A DNA stretch of 64,000 nt from Candidatus Latescibacterota bacterium (lineage in GTDB: Bacteria > Latescibacterota > UBA2968). Shown in pieces: positions 44,033 to 53,803 of the stretch. Every line of letters begins with the position of its first letter. The stretch's first letter is position 1. The notes under the pieces are model-generated. The model saw only the letters and a list, made by a program, of their open reading frames with translations. It was not told the DNA's origin and made no database searches. Location of the stretch: NCBI GenBank assembly GCA_965116885.1, contig OZ220741.1, positions 4,512,001 through 4,576,000 on the forward strand, written 5' to 3'. Position numbers and translations under genes: made by a program.

Positions 44033-44296
44033 TCATGCATCAACCTGATCGACAATGCCGACAACTGCCGCGTCAACCGGGCCGTATTTATCGGGCAGGG
44101 CGTTGGGAGCTTCTCGTGAACCGACCCAGTATATGGTCTCGCCATCGCTGGCATTGACCACATCAACCGCGACAAAAGCATCCCCCGCTTTATTGTGCTC
44201 GTGATCAATCGGTTCAACGACAAGCAGTCTAAAACCTTTGAGCGAAGCATCTTTGCGCGTCGCCCAAATTTTGCCAATGACACGGCCGAGGAACAT
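44033..44296 (-). CDS. BMC vertex protein (EutN/CcmL, BMC-P)
   Basis: MFLGRVIGKIWATRK...AVDVVNASDGE...PVDAAVVGIVD. Confidence 0.93.
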   Translation of the reverse strand: MFLGRVIGKIWATRKDASLKGFRLLVVEPIDHEHNKAGDAFVAVDVVNASDGETIYWVGSREAPNALPDKYGPVDAAVVGIVDQVDA

Positions 44297-44319
44297 TTTC
44301 ACCTCGCGAAATGCGGCAC

Positions 44320-45756
44320 CTATACAATCCTAAAATAGTCGATGAGGGCACAGCGGCGCTGGCGGGTAAATGTGCGGGCAGACGTGCAGCCTTCGCCAGT
44401 AGGTGTAGCAATAGAGAAAGACGTATAGCCCTCGCCACCTGCGCCCAATCCCGCAGATGAAGCACCGTTTTTCACAAAAATCGTACACTTACATTGGCGA
44501 GCCATAACCGTCATATTCTCGACATTTTTCGAGTGCATGACCGCTGTGTGACGATACCCCTGTTCGGCTCGAATAGCCCAGTCAATTGCCCTGTGTACAT
44601 CGGGTGTGCGAACAATGGGGACAAAAGGCATCATCTGCTCGTGTTGAACAAAATCGTGCTCATTTTCAACCTCGCCAATCAAAAGTTCTGTATCGGGCGC
44701 AATATTGAGGCCAATTTGAGCAGCAAGCACATGCGCGCTGCGACCGACGAGGTCGCGATTGAGCATCCAATCGCCTTTGTCGTCGCGGGGAAACGCGATT
44801 TTTGTCAATGCATCAATTTGCGAACGGTCGAGTTCCACACAATTATTTGCCTTCAGGTGGCGCATCAGTTCATCGGCCACGGATTGAACGGCAAAAACTT
44901 CCTTTTCGCCAATACACAGAATATTATTGTCAAAACCGCCGCCTTCAATAATGCTGAGAGCGGCCTTTTCTATATCGGCGGTCTCATCCACTACCACAGG
45001 TGGATTACCAGGACCGGCTGCGATCACGCGCTTGGGCGCTTGCATGGCTGCCTTGACAACGCCGCCCCCACCAGTGACGAGAACGAGGTCAATGCCGGGA
45101 TGCACAAAAAGGCTCTGCGCCGTTTCTATGGAAGGTTCGCGCACAGCGACGAGCAAATTTGGTGGCCCACCCGCACCGACAATGGCGCGATTGAGCATTT
45201 GAAGTCCCAGAGCCGAAACATCTTTCGCACTCGGATGGGGCGCAAAAACCGCACTATTGCCCGCAGCGATAAAACTGATTGCATTGTTGACCATTGTGGG
45301 CACCGGATGCGTGGATGGCGTAACCGCTGCTATCACGCCAAAGGGCGCCATTTCAACAACCGTCAAACCATTGTCGCCCGTCCACGCCGTGGGCTGCAAA
45401 TCTTCAACGCCAGGCGTGTGTTGTACAACAACCTCGAGTTTGCGAATTTTGTGCGGCACCTTGCCCATGCCGGTTTCTTCAACGGTTTTTTGCGCGATAC
45501 CCTTTGAATGCGCCATAGATTCGCGGCGAATTGCAGCAATCAGGTCGCGGCGTTGCTCCAGGCTCATTGCTTCGAGGGCACGCTGGGCTTCTGAAGCCGC
45601 AGCAATAGCCTCTTCGAGATCGTCAAAAAGGCCATCGTCACCCTTGTTTTCATAGCGAGCAGGTGGTGCAATAACCGCAGGAGCTTCGCGCTCAGCCACA
45701 AGGCGACGCACAACCTGCTCAACCACCGATTGGATTTGGATTTCGTCTAAGTTCAT
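44320..45756 (-). CDS. Acylating aldehyde dehydrogenase (PduP/EutE-like) with N-terminal encapsulation peptide
   Basis: N-term IQSVVEQVVRRL; PFGVIAAVTPSTHP, VTGG, GPGNPP, FDNNILCIGEK (catalytic Cys), TPTGEG. Confidence 0.93.
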   Translation of the reverse strand: MNLDEIQIQSVVEQVVRRLVAEREAPAVIAPPARYENKGDDGLFDDLEEAIAAASEAQRALEAMSLEQRRDLIAAIRRESMAHSKGIAQKTVEETGMGKVPHKIRKLEVVVQHTPGVEDLQPTAWTGDNGLTVVEMAPFGVIAAVTPSTHPVPTMVNNAISFIAAGNSAVFAPHPSAKDVSALGLQMLNRAIVGAGGPPNLLVAVREPSIETAQSLFVHPGIDLVLVTGGGGVVKAAMQAPKRVIAAGPGNPPVVVDETADIEKAALSIIEGGGFDNNILCIGEKEVFAVQSVADELMRHLKANNCVELDRSQIDALTKIAFPRDDKGDWMLNRDLVGRSAHVLAAQIGLNIAPDTELLIGEVENEHDFVQHEQMMPFVPIVRTPDVHRAIDWAIRAEQGYRHTAVMHSKNVENMTVMARQCKCTIFVKNGASSAGLGAGGEGYTSFSIATPTGEGCTSARTFTRQRRCALIDYFRIV

Positions 45757-45773
45757 ATCTCACTTCACACGTC

Positions 45774-46064
45774 TCACTTCTGATAAACCGCTTCACCATC
45801 GATTTCTGCCGTATCGATAATAGCAACAATCACAGCATCGACAGGACGATTTTCAGTCACACTTGTCAGGCGAGCGGAACTCCCACTACAACAGAGCACG
45901 ACTTCGCCATCGCCTGCACCAACAGCATCTACGGCGACCAAAAAACTTTCTTTTAGTTCGAATGCGGGCAAATCAAGCGTTTGGACGATCTGGAGCTTAA
46001 AACCCGCCAGGCCGCTGTCTTTTTGGGTGGCAACCACCGTTCCCACCACCTTGCCGAGGGTCAT
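45774..46064 (-). CDS. BMC vertex protein (EutN/CcmL, BMC-P)
   Basis: GKVVGTVVATQK...AVDAVGAGDGE...GSSAR...PVDAVIVAIID. Confidence 0.95.
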   Translation of the reverse strand: MTLGKVVGTVVATQKDSGLAGFKLQIVQTLDLPAFELKESFLVAVDAVGAGDGEVVLCCSGSSARLTSVTENRPVDAVIVAIIDTAEIDGEAVYQK

Positions 46065-46067
46065 AGT

Positions 46068-46352
46068 TTAGTCGTTTGAAGAGCCGATAGGCAGAATATT
46101 TTCAAGGCTACCATGTGGTCGCGGAATGACGTGTACGGAAACGAGTTCGCCAATTTTGCCAGCAGCAGCAGCACCGGCTTCCGTTGCGGCTTTGACCGCT
46201 GCCACATCGCCGCGAACAATAGCAGTGACATATCCCGCGCCAATGCGTTCCCAATTGACAAATTGGACATTGGCGGCTTTGACCATTGCATCTGCCGCTT
46301 CAATCATCGCTACGAGACCTTTGGTTTCAATCATACCGAGGGCTTCACCCAT
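46068..46352 (-). CDS. BMC shell hexamer (BMC-H, PduA/EutM-like)
   Basis: [37 protein letters not shown]. Confidence 0.97.
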   Translation of the reverse strand: MGEALGMIETKGLVAMIEAADAMVKAANVQFVNWERIGAGYVTAIVRGDVAAVKAATEAGAAAAGKIGELVSVHVIPRPHGSLENILPIGSSND

Positions 46353-46376
46353 GTTGTATTTCCTCCTGAAAAATGA

Positions 46377-46649
46377 TCATCGTGTAGTAAAAATAACTGC
46401 TTCTACCTGTGGGTCGAGATTTGGGATAACGTGAGCGGCAACGAGATCTCCAACGCGCTCGGCAGCTTCTGTTCCCGCTTCGATAGCTGCGCGAACCGCA
46501 CCCACATCGCCGCGCACCAGTGTCGTGGTATATCCCGCACCGATTTTTTCGTACTTTTCAATCGTGACTGGGGCTGTCTTGACCATCGCATCGGCAGCTT
46601 CTGTTGTGCCAATAACGCCGAGTGTTTCAATCATACCGAGTGCGGTCAT
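46377..46649 (-). CDS. BMC shell hexamer (BMC-H)
   Basis: [34 protein letters not shown]. Confidence 0.96.
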   Translation of the reverse strand: MTALGMIETLGVIGTTEAADAMVKTAPVTIEKYEKIGAGYTTTLVRGDVGAVRAAIEAGTEAAERVGDLVAAHVIPNLDPQVEAVIFTTR

Positions 46650-46660
46650 TAAGCCCTTTC

Positions 46661-47368
46661 CTATCTTATCATAAACGCCGTATCGCCACAGACGAGATCG
46701 GCTGCGTTGGCATCGTCGGTATCCAAATGGAGTTCGGGTAAATAGCTTTCGTCAATTTTGAGGCGCACATTGTCATATATAACGCCTTTTTCGCCTCCCA
46801 CGCGCACCCTGACAGATTCCCGTCCTTGAAAGCCATAATCTATTACATCAGATGGACGCAGGTGAATATGGCGCGCCGCGCGAATGGCTGCGTTGATCGT
46901 GACCGAACCCCTGGGACCGATAAAAGTAACAGGTGGCGCATCTCTCAGGTCTCCTGAATCCCTCACAGGAGGATCAACGCCGATATGGATGGCATCTGTT
47001 CGGGCGAGTTCAACCTGATTATAGTCGCGGCTGGGGCCGAGAATTCGCACGCGCTCGATCGCGTGCAGCCGGGGACCAACAACGGAAATGACTTCCTCGG
47101 CGGCAAAAGCACCCGGTTGGTAGAGCTCGCGATAAGGCGTTAAGGTATGACCCGCACCAAAAAGGATCTCCAGGGTTTCGTCATCAACATGTGCATGCCG
47201 AGCAGATACACCTACAGAAACGGGAATATCTTTGCTGTCTCCACCGCGTATATGACGTACGACTTCTCGTGCAATGCGGTCAATCGCATCGCTTTCCCCG
47301 CTGTTTTGCCCGAAAGAACAAAGACCGCAGTCATCGCACACAGAGGCATTTTTTCGCATTGGAAGCAT
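46661..47368 (-). CDS. pduL: Phosphate propanoyltransferase PduL with N-terminal Cys motif and encapsulation peptide
   Basis: VSARHAH, QPGAFAA, VRILGP.R, QVELARTD, P.RDSGD, RHIH, HLDTDDANA; start uncertain (47374/47368/47359). Confidence 0.92.
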   Translation of the reverse strand: MLPMRKNASVCDDCGLCSFGQNSGESDAIDRIAREVVRHIRGGDSKDIPVSVGVSARHAHVDDETLEILFGAGHTLTPYRELYQPGAFAAEEVISVVGPRLHAIERVRILGPSRDYNQVELARTDAIHIGVDPPVRDSGDLRDAPPVTFIGPRGSVTINAAIRAARHIHLRPSDVIDYGFQGRESVRVRVGGEKGVIYDNVRLKIDESYLPELHLDTDDANAADLVCGDTAFMIR

Positions 47369-47407
47369 TGTCAAAAGTTTGTATCAGGTGCTGTTTACAA
47401 GAGGCGA

Positions 47408-47436
47408 AAAATAGTCCATGACTGCTGTAAAGTCAA
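47408..47436 (-). promoter_or_regulatory. Putative sigma70 promoter of BMC operon
   Basis: TTGACT-N17-TATTTT, same hexamers as the tRNA-Tyr promoter. Confidence 0.6.
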
Positions 47437-47525
47437 GGTTAAACACGCTATAAAAAAGCGCGATGCTTGACAAGTCCCGCGCTTTGAACCAAATTCAGAT
47501 AAAATCTTTATTTTTCTTAACTATC

Positions 47526-49145
47526 ATGAGAAATATATACTTGCTACTTAGATTACTCACGTACATCCTGCTGTTTTTCTGTCTCGCTGGTCCAGCGCTA
47601 TGTGAAGATGCCTCACCCGATATCCCGCTGCGCCATCCCGTGTATTCCCTGTTAGATCGCCTGAATGCGCGAGGCTGGATTGCCGTGCCCGATACGCGTC
47701 CCTTGACCCGGATACAAGTTGCACAGATACTCTCCGCCGTATCAAATCAATCTATGTCGGCAACCGAGCGCGACCTCGCCAACCGATATATCGCAGAATT
47801 GAAAAATCGCGCAGCTTTTACACGCGAACCCCGCTGGACCTGGCGCGATTCTGCGACATCCATCATCATCGAACCGCTGGTGCGACAACAGGTGATTGCG
47901 CGCAGGGGTGATGGATTTGTGAACGAGACCGCGTCTCAAACCTATATTGGCGGTTCTGTGCGCGGGCGATTCTACACATTGGGATTTTATGCCCGCCACT
48001 TTGAGGCTCGCGAATGGAGCAACCAACCGCGTCTTCGCCGAGAAGATGTGCTGGCTCACCCCATTGAAGACGTGCAACTCAAGGACAAAAAGGCAGATTT
48101 TCGCGAAAGTATATTTCAACTGGCCTGGGCAAATTCATGGATGCGTATAGATGCGGGCAAAGGAAGCCTCAGTTGGGGGCCTGGGCGCACGGGAAATTTA
48201 TTGATCTCCAACAATGCGCCGTCTTATGGCCTGTTTCGATTGCAGGCATCTCGCGGCCGACTGCGCTATACCCATATCGCTTCATCACTGCGCGCCCGCC
48301 CGGGATTAATCGACACAACCCGACGGTGGATCGACAATGGGCATGTGCGTATTTTTTTGCGACAAAAGCGACTGGCCGCGCACCGACTGGAGATTGCGTT
48401 TTCAAAAGTGCGAATTGGGTTGCACGAAGCCGTGATATATGGTGACCGAGGATTTGAGCTGCTCTACGTTCTACCGGTGGCCGTATTTGCCGGAACTCAA
48501 AATCACCTGGGAAATCGCGACAATCTCGTAATTGGAGCCGATATATCGGCTCGCATCCGAACGGGACTGACACTTTACAGCGCATGGTTTTTCGACGATA
48601 TGGTCAAATTCGACCCCGATGCATTTTCCAATCAATTTGCCTTTCAAGTGGGCGCGTTCTGGGTTGATCCTATGGGCTTGAGAGATACCGATATTCGCGC
48701 CGAATACGTGCGTGTGGAGCCTTATGTGTACGCGCACAATTTTGACATCAATACATATGAACATTACGACACCCTGTTGGGCTATCCAACCGGGCCAAAT
48801 GCAGACCGATATTTTGCGCAAGTGACACACCGCTTTTCATCGAGCTTGAATGTGTCTTTAACTTTTGCAAGAGAGCGACAAGGTGAAAATCCAGTAAATC
48901 CAGATGGGACAATTGTCAATGTAGGAGGCAACGCACAACTGGGTCGTCGGCCACAGGATGCACCCAAACGAGACTTTATGTCAGGCGATGTAGAGACATA
49001 CCAAAAAATAGGTGGCCGCGTGGAATTTACACCCGTGACAAATTGGACTTTACAGGTACAGTATCAACACCATCTCATTATAACCCCCCAAAATAGAACA
49101 ACGGGGCATGAGTGGACAGCGACAATGGATGTAAACTTCTATTGA
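47526..49145 (+). CDS. Capsule assembly Wzi-family outer-membrane protein
   Basis: Signal peptide; HPVYSLLDRL; SWGPG..GNLLISNNAP; AAHRLE; LGYPTGPNAD; aromatic C-terminus. Confidence 0.75.
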   Translation: MRNIYLLLRLLTYILLFFCLAGPALCEDASPDIPLRHPVYSLLDRLNARGWIAVPDTRPLTRIQVAQILSAVSNQSMSATERDLANRYIAELKNRAAFTREPRWTWRDSATSIIIEPLVRQQVIARRGDGFVNETASQTYIGGSVRGRFYTLGFYARHFEAREWSNQPRLRREDVLAHPIEDVQLKDKKADFRESIFQLAWANSWMRIDAGKGSLSWGPGRTGNLLISNNAPSYGLFRLQASRGRLRYTHIASSLRARPGLIDTTRRWIDNGHVRIFLRQKRLAAHRLEIAFSKVRIGLHEAVIYGDRGFELLYVLPVAVFAGTQNHLGNRDNLVIGADISARIRTGLTLYSAWFFDDMVKFDPDAFSNQFAFQVGAFWVDPMGLRDTDIRAEYVRVEPYVYAHNFDINTYEHYDTLLGYPTGPNADRYFAQVTHRFSSSLNVSLTFARERQGENPVNPDGTIVNVGGNAQLGRRPQDAPKRDFMSGDVETYQKIGGRVEFTPVTNWTLQVQYQHHLIITPQNRTTGHEWTATMDVNFY

Positions 49146-49158
49146 TCGGAAAAGAGAA

Positions 49159-50352
49159 ATGAGTCATCGCCAGTGTCTGTGGGGCCTTCTCGTATTCGCA
49201 TTGTTATTGCGCGTAGGCTTTGGGTTGACGCAATCCGATTTGACCAATGCATCTGATGAGGTACACTGGGATCGCCTCGGGCAGGCTTATGTCGCCCTGG
49301 GGATTTTGCACCCCGATACTGGAATGTACCGCCCCCCATTATACGGCTTATTTCTGGCGGGCATCTATCGTACATTTGGTCACAATTTCGTTCTGGTGCG
49401 GATTGTCCAGGCCATCCTGGGCACAATCACCTGCTATCTCATCTATGTTCTGGGCTGTAAAATGGGCGAGGTCGCAGTCGGTTTGTTCGCTGCGGGTTTG
49501 TTCGCTATTTATCCGTTATTTGTATTTTTTTCTGGCGTATTGATGGCCGAAACCCTTCTGATTTTGCTGACGACTATTAGCTTTGTGTCTTGTGTTCAAT
49601 TTTGGCAAAAGAGCACCGTCACAATGGCGATGGTATTTGGCGGGATTGTGGGGCTGTCCGCACTTTGCAAGCCCATTTTATTGCCCTGGCTGCCACCTGT
49701 CCTCTTTTTCTGGTGGCGAAAATCGCGCCTGACACCTGTACAAAAAACATCGCGTGTACTAACTGTAATTGGCGCACTCGGCCTGATTATTCTGCCGTGG
49801 ACAGCGCGCAATCATATCATCTCGGGCGAATTTGTTCCCATCTCGACAAATTTGGGGATCAACTTGCTCGTGGGAGCACACCCCGAGGGACGCGGCGTTT
49901 ACGACAATCGCATCGATTATCTGGCACTTTATCACACACTGGCCGACACATCTCAGGGCGCAACAGCCGACAGTCGCGTCGCGGGCATTGTGATAGCGTG
50001 GATAATCGCGCAACCACTGCACTATCTGAGTTTGGGCATTGACAAACTGCTCTATTTTTGGTGTCCCTGGGTTTCGGGAGAGCCGCCATTATACAACGCA
50101 ATTGCCGTGCTTTCCTGTACTCCACTTCTGATACTGGGACTTGCTGGCACATTTATCCAACGCCACAGGCCCGAAGGTCTGACACTTATTCTACTGATAA
50201 TTTGCATGTCATTATTGCACATGGTATTCTTTGCCCATACGCGTTTTCGGCTACCCATTGACGCGGTTTTGTGCGTGCCTGCTGCGTGGATATGTGTGCA
50301 GTGGATCAACAGAATAGGACGCAAGCGTGATACTTCGAGCAAACTTTTTTGA
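49159..50352 (+). CDS. GT-C glycosyltransferase (ArnT/PMT family)
   Basis: DE motif after TM1, RPPLY, MAETL, L.KP, PWTARN, RFRLP; multi-TM. Confidence 0.8.
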   Translation: MSHRQCLWGLLVFALLLRVGFGLTQSDLTNASDEVHWDRLGQAYVALGILHPDTGMYRPPLYGLFLAGIYRTFGHNFVLVRIVQAILGTITCYLIYVLGCKMGEVAVGLFAAGLFAIYPLFVFFSGVLMAETLLILLTTISFVSCVQFWQKSTVTMAMVFGGIVGLSALCKPILLPWLPPVLFFWWRKSRLTPVQKTSRVLTVIGALGLIILPWTARNHIISGEFVPISTNLGINLLVGAHPEGRGVYDNRIDYLALYHTLADTSQGATADSRVAGIVIAWIIAQPLHYLSLGIDKLLYFWCPWVSGEPPLYNAIAVLSCTPLLILGLAGTFIQRHRPEGLTLILLIICMSLLHMVFFAHTRFRLPIDAVLCVPAAWICVQWINRIGRKRDTSSKLF

Positions 50353-51721
50353 CCCTGCAAAACCTCATCTGCTGGTTCTGGTGTGTTTTGGGCAGATATT
50401 GTTGATTGCACTGCCGTTTTTAGTAAATGACGCGCTTGCGGCGATTCTCGTCTTGAGCTTGTTGTCGGCAATCGCACTTTTCGGCTCTCTCACACTGTCA
50501 GTGCTCTATTTGTGTTTCACCGCCGCGGTTGTGCCTTCCTGGTTTTACGAAGACTATCTGACCTTGCCTCTGGACTTCAAATTTTATGAAGGTCTTCTCG
50601 TCGTGGTGATGGGCATTGCCGGGCTCAACTATTTGTTGGAAGGCCGATGGAACTGGCGACGGCATACGTTTTTGGATCGACCAATGTGCGTACTGCTGGG
50701 ACTGGTCGTATTTTCTTGCTTATTGGGGTTGATCTACGGACAGTCGATCTCGCAAATGTTGCGCGATGTGCGCTATCCATTGTACTACACGTTGTTCTTT
50801 GTGGTAACATGGTTTTTGGATGTGCGGCGATTCTCCACATTCCTGCATTTATTTTTGCTCATCGCCGCAATTGTCGGCATCGAGTATTTGTTTGAATTCC
50901 TTTTACAGGTGGATACGGACATTGCGGGTGGTTTCGTTCGAGTCGCACGGCTCGAAGGCATTGTGTTGCCAATGGGCATGCTCATCATCGCCGCCATTTT
51001 GTTATTTGAAGCACGGGCATATAGACGAGCATGGGCGTGGGGCGCGATATTGCCTATCGGGCTGGCCCTGGTTTTGACAATGGGGCGGGGCATGTGGATT
51101 TCCCTATTCGTAGGGCTGGGCAGTCTGGCCGCGTTGACCGCACTGGATAAGCAGGCTCCACCCCGACGCCTGTCGCGTCTCTTTGTCGTGGCATTGATCC
51201 CCCTGTTGCTGCTGGCGATGGGTTATATTTTTCAGCAACAAACTCGCGCTGCCGTTAGCGACATAGCACTGGACCGCGTCACGCGCAGCGTCGAAGCCGT
51301 AAGTGGGCGGTTGATATCTTATGGCAATGCACTGGAAAAAATCCGTCAACGTCCTTTGCTCGGCGGCGGACACGGTGCAACCGTGACATCTCTGGTGACA
51401 TTTCCGCCACCGCCACAGATATTGACAGTAGGTGCAGTTGACAATGTTTATTTAACCATTGGGATGCGAATGGGGCTGGTTGGCATCGCGGCGTTTTTGT
51501 GGGTCTTTGGTTTTGCCCTCTGGCGTGCGTATCTATTATTCCAACGAAGTTCCGATGCTCGCGTACGTCTGTTTTGTGCGGCATTTATCGCCATCTACGC
51601 TGCACTTCTCATCTATGGCATGGCAGATGCAACCCTCTTTGCCAATCGGTTGATCTTTATCCATGCGACATTTTTGGGACTTATTGCGCGGCTGGTAGCA
51701 GAGGAAAAAAATGATGCCTGA
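50327..51721 (+). CDS. O-antigen ligase/polymerase (Wzy_C) family protein
   Basis: Many TMs; LTMGRG.W, S.R...Y, P.LGGG.G, DN.YL......G..G. Confidence 0.8.
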   Translation: MILRANFFDPAKPHLLVLVCFGQILLIALPFLVNDALAAILVLSLLSAIALFGSLTLSVLYLCFTAAVVPSWFYEDYLTLPLDFKFYEGLLVVVMGIAGLNYLLEGRWNWRRHTFLDRPMCVLLGLVVFSCLLGLIYGQSISQMLRDVRYPLYYTLFFVVTWFLDVRRFSTFLHLFLLIAAIVGIEYLFEFLLQVDTDIAGGFVRVARLEGIVLPMGMLIIAAILLFEARAYRRAWAWGAILPIGLALVLTMGRGMWISLFVGLGSLAALTALDKQAPPRRLSRLFVVALIPLLLLAMGYIFQQQTRAAVSDIALDRVTRSVEAVSGRLISYGNALEKIRQRPLLGGGHGATVTSLVTFPPPPQILTVGAVDNVYLTIGMRMGLVGIAAFLWVFGFALWRAYLLFQRSSDARVRLFCAAFIAIYAALLIYGMADATLFANRLIFIHATFLGLIARLVAEEKNDA

Positions 51722-52634
51722 ATATGTGACAGCAATAGTGGTCAATTGGAATGCCGGAGAAAACCTGGCACAGTGCATTGCCGCCTTGATCAATCAGGAG
51801 GGAATAGATCTCGATGTGATCGTAGTCGATAATGCATCATCTGATAACAGCCTGGAGGCATTGGAAACTTATGGCGATCGCGTGCGCGTGATTCAAACCG
51901 GCGCAAACCTGGGCTTCGGGCGTGCCGTGAACCGCGGCGTAGCTGTCTCGCACAGCGCGATTGTCATCGCCTTAAATCCCGATGTCGTGTTACAACCAGA
52001 TGCGGTGAATACAATGGTCGAATTTTTGAACAAACACGCCCATGTGGGCATGGTGGGTCCGAAGCTTAAAGACGCGGATGGACGGGTGATCGCCTCTTGC
52101 GGTGAAGCGCCGAGGCTCAGAGATGAAATCTGTCGTAAATTCCTATTGCATCTAATATTTCCATTGCTTAAATTTCGGCGGCGAAGGCCCTCCAAACCCG
52201 AAACTGTCGTCTGGGTAACCGGGGCGTGTTTCGCGGTTCGGCGCCGCGTTCTGGATGTTGTCAACGGGTTGGACGAGGCCATTTTTATGTATTACGAAGA
52301 TGTCGATCTGGGCCTGTGCATCAACCGTGCTGGCTGGCGGGTCATGTATTTGCCCCACGCCGAAGGCATACACATCGGGGGCGAAAGTTCCAAACAAGCA
52401 CTGACGCGGATGCTCGTGGTCAGTGAGGCGTCTTATGCCTATTTTATTGCCAAACACCTGGGGCAATGGGCCGCACGCTTGCTCAGGCTCCTCCGCCCCA
52501 TCGAAATGACATTGCGAACACTGCTCTGGGGAAGTGTGTTTTTACTCGTCCGAAAGCATCGCACAGAGGCGCGAGCGCGTTTGCGGGCTTACTGGTTTAT
52601 CTTAACTCACGGCGCTGTGGAGGAAGGTCCATGA
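51711..52634 (+). CDS. Glycosyltransferase family 2 (WbbL-like)
   Basis: IVVNWN, VVDNASSD, NLGFGRAVN, LNPD, GACF, FMYYEDVD, H.GG.S. Confidence 0.9.
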   Translation: MMPEYVTAIVVNWNAGENLAQCIAALINQEGIDLDVIVVDNASSDNSLEALETYGDRVRVIQTGANLGFGRAVNRGVAVSHSAIVIALNPDVVLQPDAVNTMVEFLNKHAHVGMVGPKLKDADGRVIASCGEAPRLRDEICRKFLLHLIFPLLKFRRRRPSKPETVVWVTGACFAVRRRVLDVVNGLDEAIFMYYEDVDLGLCINRAGWRVMYLPHAEGIHIGGESSKQALTRMLVVSEASYAYFIAKHLGQWAARLLRLLRPIEMTLRTLLWGSVFLLVRKHRTEARARLRAYWFILTHGAVEEGP

Positions 52635-53737
52635 TTCCCATTTTTCGCCCATGGTTTGACAATGCAGAAGTCGAAGCGGTACGCGAGGTATTGATGTCCG
52701 GTTGGGTTGGCCCCGGGGAAAAGGTCGAAGAACTCGAAGCGCGATTTGCCCATTATGTGGGGGCACAACACGCAGTATCTCTCAATTCGTGCTCTGCAGC
52801 ACTTCTGTTGGCCTTAAAAATACTGGATATCGAAGGGGGCGAGGTCATTACCACACCGTTGACCTTTGTCTCAACCAATCACGCAATTTTACAAAATGGA
52901 GCTACACCGGTATTTTGCGACATAGATCCCGAAACACTCAATATCGATCCAAAAGCAATTGCCGCTAAGATCACGCCGCGCACCCGAGCGATTATGGTGG
53001 TGCATTTTGCCGGGCACCCCTGCGACATGGATGAGATTCTATCCATCGCAAATGGAATTCCAGTTGTAGAAGACGCCGCACACGCCAGCGGCGCGCGTTA
53101 CAAAGATCGGATGATCGGCGGTGTGGGCACCGTGACGTGTTTTAGTTTTGACGCGCGCAAAAATTTGTCAACCTGTGACGGTGGAATGTTGACCACCAAC
53201 AATTCAGACCTCGCCGAGCGAGCGCGAAAACTGCGCTGGATGGGCATCTCGCGCGGAACTTATGATCGGTTTCGAAAAAATGGTGCAGAGCACCGATGGG
53301 AATACGAAGTAGGCGAACTCGGCTATAAATGCTATATGAACGATCTCAATGCGGCAATTGGTCTGGTGCAATTGGGCAAATTGGAGTCAGCCAATGCACA
53401 ACGCCGAGAGATTTTTTTGCAGTATGGACGTGCATTTGCCGCCCTCGACTGGATGCGAACACCTGTAGAAAAACCCCAGGTTCGCAGTGCAATGCACGCT
53501 TATGTGGCACGCGTATCCCAGCGCGATGAATTGATAGATCATCTGGGGCAACACAACATCGATGCGGGCGTACACTACAAGCCCTGCCATTTATTTGAAG
53601 TGTACAAACCTTATCGCACAGACTTGCCTGTCACCGATGCCGTGTGGCGCAATCTGATCACGCTCCCTCTATTTCCAAGTCTGACGGAGCGTGAAATTGG
53701 ACAAGTCATCGAAGCCGTAAAGAAGTTTGAAGTTTGA
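52631..53737 (+). CDS. DegT/DnrJ/EryC1/StrS family sugar aminotransferase
   Basis: TFVST, VHFAG, VEDAAHA, FSFDARKNL (PLP Lys) GGML; ATGA overlap with GT2. Confidence 0.92.
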   Translation: MIPIFRPWFDNAEVEAVREVLMSGWVGPGEKVEELEARFAHYVGAQHAVSLNSCSAALLLALKILDIEGGEVITTPLTFVSTNHAILQNGATPVFCDIDPETLNIDPKAIAAKITPRTRAIMVVHFAGHPCDMDEILSIANGIPVVEDAAHASGARYKDRMIGGVGTVTCFSFDARKNLSTCDGGMLTTNNSDLAERARKLRWMGISRGTYDRFRKNGAEHRWEYEVGELGYKCYMNDLNAAIGLVQLGKLESANAQRREIFLQYGRAFAALDWMRTPVEKPQVRSAMHAYVARVSQRDELIDHLGQHNIDAGVHYKPCHLFEVYKPYRTDLPVTDAVWRNLITLPLFPSLTEREIGQVIEAVKKFEV

Positions 53738-53765
53738 AATTCCCCTTCACCGCCCAAAATTGTTG

Positions 53766-53802
53766 CCTCACCTCACCCTTCACACTTCCTACTTCACACT
53801 TC
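53766..53802. repeat. Degenerate heptamer repeat, intergenic
   Basis: CTTCACA CTTCCTA CTTCACA CTTC directly before the ATG at 53804. Confidence 0.6.
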
Positions 53803-53803
53803 T

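Noticed and set aside
42934..45507. Long plus-strand ORFs (325 aa at 42934-43911, 337 aa at 44494-45507)
   Set aside because: Antisense shadows of the aldolase/EutN and AldDH genes; no recognisable motifs or RBS.
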